Below are positions 58,624 through 64,000 of a stretch of 64,000 nt of DNA, in pieces. Where the stretch lies: assembly GCA_963674865.2 (NCBI GenBank), contig CAXXYE010000001.1:192001-256000 (forward strand), written 5' to 3'. The stretch's first letter is position 1. Every line of letters begins with the position of its first letter. The translations under genes were made by a program, and so were the position numbers. Source of the DNA: Candidatus Hydrogenedentota bacterium (lineage in GTDB: Bacteria > Hydrogenedentota > Hydrogenedentia > Hydrogenedentales > SLHB01). The notes below the pieces were generated by a model, which was not told where the DNA came from, did not search any database, and saw only the letters and a list, made by a program, of their open reading frames with translations.

Positions 58624-59574
58624 ATGGCAAAGATGGATTCGAGCCTCCCGTTCGAACGTAGGATTATCGAACTCGAGGGACTGGTGGCCAATGCGTCCTC
58701 CGATAAGGAACGGCGTGAACTCCAGGCCGAACTCGATCAGGAGCGTGAAACCGTCTTCGCCAATCTGACGGCGTGGCAAAGAGTTCTTCTTGCCCGCCAC
58801 CCCCTCCGGCCTCGAATGCTCGACTATACCTCCCGTATCCTGGACGATTTCATAGAGTTACATGGAGACCGTGCCGTCGGCGACGACCCGGCGCTGGTGG
58901 CGGGCATTGGCCGTTTCCAAGGCCAGAGCCTGGTGGTGGTCGGCCAGCAAAAGGGCGTTACCACGGAGGAGAAGGTCCAGCGCAATTTCGGTATGGCCCA
59001 TCCGGAGGGATATCGTAAGGCGTTGCGCCTGTTCCATATGGCTGAGCGCCTGAACATGCCCGTCGTCACTCTAGTGGATACGCCCGCAGCCCACCCAGGC
59101 GTCGAGGCCGAGCGCCACGGACAGGGGCCCCTGATTGCGCAGAGTCTTCTGGAATGCAGCGGCCTGAAAGCGCCCGTGTTCGTGGCCATCCTTAGCGAAG
59201 GCGGCAGCGGAGGCGCGCTGGCCATTGCATTGGGTGATTGGGTCGCTATGCTGGAATATGCCATCTACGTAATTTGCCCGCCGGAGCGGTGCGCCGAGAT
59301 TCTTTGGCGGGATGTAGATAAGAGGGAGGTCGCGGCCACAGCCCTGAGGGTGACCGCGAAAGACCTTCTGGATTTGGGTACGATCGACGCGATCATACCG
59401 GAGCCGCCCGGGGGGGCTCATAGAGATCCAGACAGCGCGGCGGGCGTCATAGCCGAGGAACTCGAACGCTTCTTGGCGGAATGGAAGAAGGGGAAGTGGA
59501 CGTTAGCCCGGCGCCGACAGCGCTACCGCCGTATGGGTATGTATCGTGAATTGCCGGCCAAGGCCGCCGATTGA
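58624..59574 (+). CDS. accA: Acetyl-CoA carboxylase carboxyltransferase alpha subunit
   Basis: ARHPLRP, ELHGDR, RNFGMAHPEGYRKA, EGGSGGALA; start reassigned to ATG 58624. Confidence 0.94.
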   Translation: MAKMDSSLPFERRIIELEGLVANASSDKERRELQAELDQERETVFANLTAWQRVLLARHPLRPRMLDYTSRILDDFIELHGDRAVGDDPALVAGIGRFQGQSLVVVGQQKGVTTEEKVQRNFGMAHPEGYRKALRLFHMAERLNMPVVTLVDTPAAHPGVEAERHGQGPLIAQSLLECSGLKAPVFVAILSEGGSGGALAIALGDWVAMLEYAIYVICPPERCAEILWRDVDKREVAATALRVTAKDLLDLGTIDAIIPEPPGGAHRDPDSAAGVIAEELERFLAEWKKGKWTLARRRQRYRRMGMYRELPAKAAD

Positions 59575-59860
59575 AGACCGGTCTGGGGAAGTCCTGCTGC
59601 GCATCAGGGTGCAGCCCAGGGCGTCGCGAAATGCCATTCGCGTTGAGCCCGACGGCCCGATTCGCGTTGCCGTGACGGCCCCGGCGGCAGAAGGCGCCGC
59701 CAATCTGGCTGTCACCGACTACGTGGCCAAGGTGCTGGGGCTGCCCAGACGGGCTGTGACGCTGGTGAGCGGCGAGAAGGCGCGGAATAAGACGCTCCGA
59801 GTGTCGGGCGTCGCCGCTGCGGAAATTCGGACTAAACTTGCGGGGCTCAAGAGCAGTTAG
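59546..59860 (+). CDS. DUF167/YggU family protein
   Basis: IRVQPRASRN, VTAPAAEGAAN, LVSGEKARNK. Confidence 0.88.
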   Translation: MNCRPRPPIEDRSGEVLLRIRVQPRASRNAIRVEPDGPIRVAVTAPAAEGAANLAVTDYVAKVLGLPRRAVTLVSGEKARNKTLRVSGVAAAEIRTKLAGLKSS

Positions 59861-59865
59861 AGGAG

Positions 59866-60699
59866 ATGGGTGTGTCAGAGGTTTTCAACCAGATAGAGGC
59901 TGCGGCGGAAGTCATTCAGAGCCGGTGTGATATGAAGCCCGTCTTGGGCGTTGTCTTGGGGACGGGACTAGGCGCGTTGGTCGAGCGGATTGAGGTGCGC
60001 GCCAGGTTCAGCTATCAGGAGCTGCCCCATTTCCCGGTTTGCACGCTCGATACGCATGCGGGCGAGCTGGTATTGGGAGTCCTTGGGCAGCAGCCCGTCG
60101 TTGCCATGTCGGGCCGGTTCCACTATTACGAAGGCTACTCACTGCAACAAGTCACTCTCCCGATTCGTGTTGCTAAGGCATTGGGCGTAAAGGGGTTAGT
60201 TGTGTCCAATGCGGCTGGTGGCCTGAATCCCCAGTTCAGGGCTGGCGACCTTATGGTTATCACCGACCACATCAACTTCATGGGGGATAATCCGCTCATC
60301 GGGCCTAACGATGAACGCCTTGGCCCTCGATTTCCGGACATGTGCGAGCCCTATACCAAGGAGTGGGTGGACTTGGCCGAGTCCGTGGCCTTGGCCAAGG
60401 GAATGAAATTGCATCGCGGGGTGTACTTGGCTTGTACGGGGCCATGTCTTGAGACTGCGGCCGAGTACCGCATGATGCGCGTTTTGGGGGCCGACGCAGT
60501 GGGCATGAGCACGGTGCCAGAGGTGATTGTTGCCGTTCACGCCGGGCTGAAGGTCCTGGGTTTCTCGGCCATCACCGACGAATGCCGGCCCGACGCGCTC
60601 GAACCCGTAGATATCGAGAAGATAATTGCGACCGCCAACGCGGTCGAACCACGATTGACTGATATTGTCGCAACGTGCATCGAGCGGATGAGCTTCTGA
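59866..60699 (+). CDS. Purine-nucleoside phosphorylase (trimeric type)
   Basis: LGTGLG, GRFHYYEG, SNAAGG, DHIN, GADAVGMSTVPE. Confidence 0.94.
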   Translation: MGVSEVFNQIEAAAEVIQSRCDMKPVLGVVLGTGLGALVERIEVRARFSYQELPHFPVCTLDTHAGELVLGVLGQQPVVAMSGRFHYYEGYSLQQVTLPIRVAKALGVKGLVVSNAAGGLNPQFRAGDLMVITDHINFMGDNPLIGPNDERLGPRFPDMCEPYTKEWVDLAESVALAKGMKLHRGVYLACTGPCLETAAEYRMMRVLGADAVGMSTVPEVIVAVHAGLKVLGFSAITDECRPDALEPVDIEKIIATANAVEPRLTDIVATCIERMSF

Positions 60700-60790
60700 A
60701 GAAGAGCCGCTTGATAAGCGTCTATATACCAAGGGATTTGTATGTTGTTTTATAATGAGGTCATACTATCATATGTGCTAGGAGGTCATA

Positions 60791-61897
60791 ATGGGTATAA
60801 AGATCATACGGATTGTTTTTGTCCTGGCCTGCGTTACGCTGGGTGTCGCGTGGGCCGGACAGGTTGTCGGGCAGATCAATGAATTGCGCGCCGAAGATGC
60901 CGCGGAAAGCCTTCCTGAAGGGGCCGATGAGGAACAACTTGCTCAGTTGCAGAACCACCTTATCCACCCCCTGCCGTGGGAGATTCTAGGCGGCCTAACC
61001 GGCCTGGCATGCGCTGGGCTTGTATTAGCCGGGTTGCGGTATATCACGCAAGACATCTTCGAGAAACTATCACCCGCTCTGGGGGCCACGGTTCTGGGAA
61101 TGCTCATCGGCTATGCGGTGGCGCAGTACGTCAAGCAGTTCTGGCACACTTCACCGGATTCGGCACTCCCGCTGTTTGTGACCACGACCCTTGTTTTGCT
61201 GTTCGGGTTCATGGGCATCTCCTTGGGACTTACGCGCGCCTCCCATTGGGAATCACTTGTGCAGGCGGTTCACCGTGGTCAGGCTGATCAGGCCAATCCA
61301 AAGCTTGTGGACACGAGCGTCGTTATCGATGGCCGCATCGCGGACATATGTCAAACCGGCTTCCTTGATGGTACGCTTCTCATCCCACGCTTTGTCTTGA
61401 AAGAACTCCAGAATATCGCTGACTCGCCCGATGCGTTGCGCCGGGCCAGAGGGCGCCGGGGCCTGGACATCTTGAAGCGTATGCAGGAGGACAGCACGAA
61501 GGCAAAAGTGCAGGTTATCGACGATGATCCCCCGGACGTTCCAGACGTGGACGCCAAGCTCATGGTGGTTGCCCGCGATTACGACGCCAGAATCATCACA
61601 AATGACTTCAACCTGAACAAAGTCGCACAAATCGAGGGAATCGACGTCCTCAACATCAACGATTTGGCGAATGCTCTGAAGCCCGCCGTGTTGCCCGACG
61701 AGGCCCTGGCCGTCAAGATCATCAAGGAAGGGAAGGAGCCTCTGCAAGGGGTCGGCTATCTCGACGATGGTACCATGGTGGTCGTCGACGGCGGACAGCA
61801 GCACATTGGCAAAGAGGCGTCCGTCATCGTCACGAGCGTGCTTCAAACGGCTGCCGGGCGCATGATCTTTGGCAAGTTGCTCAGCGTGTCGTCGTGA
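60791..61897 (+). CDS. PIN/TRAM domain membrane protein (YacL-like)
   Basis: TM helices, DTSVVIDGRI, TNDFNLNKVA, GVGYLDDGTMVVV, QTAAGRMIF. Confidence 0.92.
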   Translation: MGIKIIRIVFVLACVTLGVAWAGQVVGQINELRAEDAAESLPEGADEEQLAQLQNHLIHPLPWEILGGLTGLACAGLVLAGLRYITQDIFEKLSPALGATVLGMLIGYAVAQYVKQFWHTSPDSALPLFVTTTLVLLFGFMGISLGLTRASHWESLVQAVHRGQADQANPKLVDTSVVIDGRIADICQTGFLDGTLLIPRFVLKELQNIADSPDALRRARGRRGLDILKRMQEDSTKAKVQVIDDDPPDVPDVDAKLMVVARDYDARIITNDFNLNKVAQIEGIDVLNINDLANALKPAVLPDEALAVKIIKEGKEPLQGVGYLDDGTMVVVDGGQQHIGKEASVIVTSVLQTAAGRMIFGKLLSVSS

Positions 61898-62583
61898 AGG
61901 CGCAGTTGCTCATTGCCGCCGGGGGGATGGGGCGTCGGCTGGGCAGCGACTCGCCGAAGGCACTTGTCGATCTCGCCGGAGCGCCATTGGTGGTTCGCAC
62001 GCTAGAACGCTTCTCCGGCGTGGGCCTTCTCATGGACGCGGTGATCGTCGTCCCTCACGGCCACAAGACACCCTTCAAGGAAATGCTCAATGAGCATCTT
62101 GTCGGCGGCAGTTTTTCCCTGGTTGAAGGGGGCGCTGAACGCCAGGCATCGGTGGCGAACGGGCTTCGTGCCCTCGAGCCTGACACGGATACGGTGGTTA
62201 TCCACGACGCTGCCCGCCCTTTTGTGTCCGAGGAGGCTATCAAGGCGGCTGTCACGGCAGCGGCTCAGCACGGCGCCGCGACGGTGGCCATCCCGTGTAT
62301 CGACACCATACTCGAGGGCGACGGCGAAGACTTCCTGGCGCGTACGCCCGATCGGGAGGGGCTGTGGGCTTGTCAAACGCCTCAGGCCTTTCAGGTGGAC
62401 GTTGTCCGGCGTGCCCACGCCGAGGCAGTGCGTCAGGGCTTTCTGGGAACAGATGATGCAACGCTCGTGCGTCGCAGTGGCGGCCGGGTCAAGCTTATCC
62501 CCGGGTCCCCGCTGAACTTCAAGGTTACTACGCCCGCCGACCTGGCCTTGGCCGGCTTCGTCTTTCGGGAGGGCCTGGCATGA
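61894..62583 (+). CDS. ispD: 2-C-methyl-D-erythritol 4-phosphate cytidylyltransferase
   Basis: [45 protein letters not shown]. Confidence 0.95.
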   Translation: MKAQLLIAAGGMGRRLGSDSPKALVDLAGAPLVVRTLERFSGVGLLMDAVIVVPHGHKTPFKEMLNEHLVGGSFSLVEGGAERQASVANGLRALEPDTDTVVIHDAARPFVSEEAIKAAVTAAAQHGAATVAIPCIDTILEGDGEDFLARTPDREGLWACQTPQAFQVDVVRRAHAEAVRQGFLGTDDATLVRRSGGRVKLIPGSPLNFKVTTPADLALAGFVFREGLA

Positions 62584-63062
62584 TTCGGATCGGTACAGGA
62601 TATGACCTTCATCGACTGACGCCCGGACGGCCATTGATTCTTGGCGGAGTGGCCATTCCCTGCGAGCGGGGATTGGCAGGTCATTCGGACGCGGACGTGC
62701 TCGCCCACGCCATTACAGACGCACTGCTCGGGGCGGCGGCCCTGGGAAACATCGGCCAACACTTCCCCGACACCGATCCGCGTTACGCGGGCGCGGACAG
62801 CCTGGAGCTTCTCGGCGAAGTTGTCGGCATGGTTCGTGAGGCCGGCTGGGCCGTGGTCAACGTGGACGCCACCATCATCTCGGAGGCCCCGAAGCTCAAT
62901 CCCCACCTGGGCGCGATATGTGTGAAGCTGGCGGATCGAATGTCGGTAGGCGCCGAGTTCGTCTCCGTGAAGGCGAAAACGAATGAAGGACTCGGCCCCG
63001 AGGGACGCGGCGAGGCTATCAGCGTACACGCCGTCGCGTTGATCGAGAGTGTGACGCCCTAG
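62580..63062 (+). CDS. ispF: 2-C-methyl-D-erythritol 2,4-cyclodiphosphate synthase
   Basis: [32 protein letters not shown]. Confidence 0.96.
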   Translation: MIRIGTGYDLHRLTPGRPLILGGVAIPCERGLAGHSDADVLAHAITDALLGAAALGNIGQHFPDTDPRYAGADSLELLGEVVGMVREAGWAVVNVDATIISEAPKLNPHLGAICVKLADRMSVGAEFVSVKAKTNEGLGPEGRGEAISVHAVALIESVTP

Positions 63063-63183
63063 CGAGGGGACAGGTTTGCCCTCGCCACAAGTCCTGTGTC
63101 CGATGCGTGCGTCGATTGAGGGGGGAGACAACAGCCTCAGCCCGGCCTGAGTGCGTGGGTGCGATGGCCGCAAGGATGTGGAA

Positions 63184-64000
63184 ATGTACGAAGTGTCCGA
63201 CCTGGAAGTCTTTGTCGTGAAGCGCGTGAGAGAGACTCCCGCGGCAGCTGCGCGCCTCGAGCGGATGCTTGGGGCGATGACGCCGCGCCACGTCACCGAG
63301 GTCGACGACGCGGGACTGGACGAGCTTGTTCGGGCGCGGGGCTGGAGCGAGCCTTCGCGGCGAACGGGGGAATACCGGATGACGGGCCCGCCGACATTGA
63401 TATTCAACGCATTTCGCTGGCTGAAGCCGGAGGCGTTTGGGCAGTTGGGCGACGAGCATCCTGCATTGCGGGGGCATATGTTTCTGGGAGATGGCCCGTG
63501 GACCTTCCGGGATCACCGCCATTTCCGGCGGGACTATGACTGCGTGTGCCAGTCCGCCTGGGAAATCCACAGCGCCTACGGATGCCTTCACAACTGCGAT
63601 TACTGCCATGTGGCGCCGTTCTTCAACATCATGGTGAACCTTGAAGAGTTCGCCGAACGCGTTAGGGCCTTCGGTGAATCCGTCCCCGAGCAGAGCTTGT
63701 ACAAGTTCGATAATCAGACGGACACGGTGACACTCGAGCCGGAATACGGCGCTTCCGAGGTTATGGTGAATGCCTTCGCGGACTGGCCCGGACGCTATCT
63801 GATGCTCTACACGAAGTCCGATAACGTGGAGCACTTGCTCGATCTGAACCACAACGGCCACACGCTCGTCAGTTGGTCGCTGAACGCCCCGACACCGGCC
63901 TCTTTGATCGAGAAGAACACCCCGTCCCTTGACGCCCGCCTGCGCGCCATGGAACGCTGCCAAGGGGCCGGTTACCGTGTCCGCGCGCGCATCTCGCCGA
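63184..64000 (+). CDS. Spore photoproduct lyase-like radical SAM protein, partial (runs off the window)
   Basis: Not in the ORF track. MYEVSDLEVFVV...; GCLHNCDYC; YTKSDNV; SWSLN. Confidence 0.8.
   Translation, partial: MYEVSDLEVFVVKRVRETPAAAARLERMLGAMTPRHVTEVDDAGLDELVRARGWSEPSRRTGEYRMTGPPTLIFNAFRWLKPEAFGQLGDEHPALRGHMFLGDGPWTFRDHRHFRRDYDCVCQSAWEIHSAYGCLHNCDYCHVAPFFNIMVNLEEFAERVRAFGESVPEQSLYKFDNQTDTVTLEPEYGASEVMVNAFADWPGRYLMLYTKSDNVEHLLDLNHNGHTLVSWSLNAPTPASLIEKNTPSLDARLRAMERCQGAGYRVRARISP

Noticed and set aside
1..64000. CRISPR arrays, tRNA/rRNA, prophage or defence systems; numerous long antisense ORFs
   Set aside because: No repeat-spacer periodicity, RNA gene signatures or phage/defence motifs seen; antisense ORFs are expected shadows in GC-rich coding DNA

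Overview
GC-rich bacterial chromosomal window. The style of the secreted protein and the gene content suggest a Ca. Hydrogenedentes-like organism; this is inference only. Contents in order: a partial secreted beta-helix protein; an ECF sigma-TM-PDZ fusion; an anaerobic sulfatase maturase; a membrane C39 peptidase; a polyferredoxin/DUF362 pair; murB; a pdaD-DHS-like-speB polyamine operon; an IS30 element; pilT; an ECF sigma/anti-sigma/DUF4097 operon; a 93-bp MITE; an ADP-ribosylglycohydrolase; a ~22-kb minus-strand flagellar cluster (TPR, flgN-like, HK, sigma54 RR, flgBC, fliEFGHIJ, motE-like, fliK, flgD, flgE, motAB, fliLNOP; no fliM, fliQ or fliR); PilZ, HMGL-like, degenerate M28, TPR, O-antigen ligase and sulfatase genes; an HD / twin thymidylate-kinase-like / CHAD cluster; accA, DUF167, PNP, yacL-ispD-ispF; and a partial SPL-like radical SAM gene. 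The strongest novelty candidates are (i) a stand-alone transcription unit missed by the ORF track, encoding a 44-aa acidic CxxC-x22-HxxC (LIM/PARP-like) zinc-finger microprotein behind a structured leader, and (ii) the putative polyphosphate module with two divergent TMK-like kinases. Up to seven single-base frameshifts cluster in two zones and may be consensus errors. No rRNA, tRNA or CRISPR array was seen.
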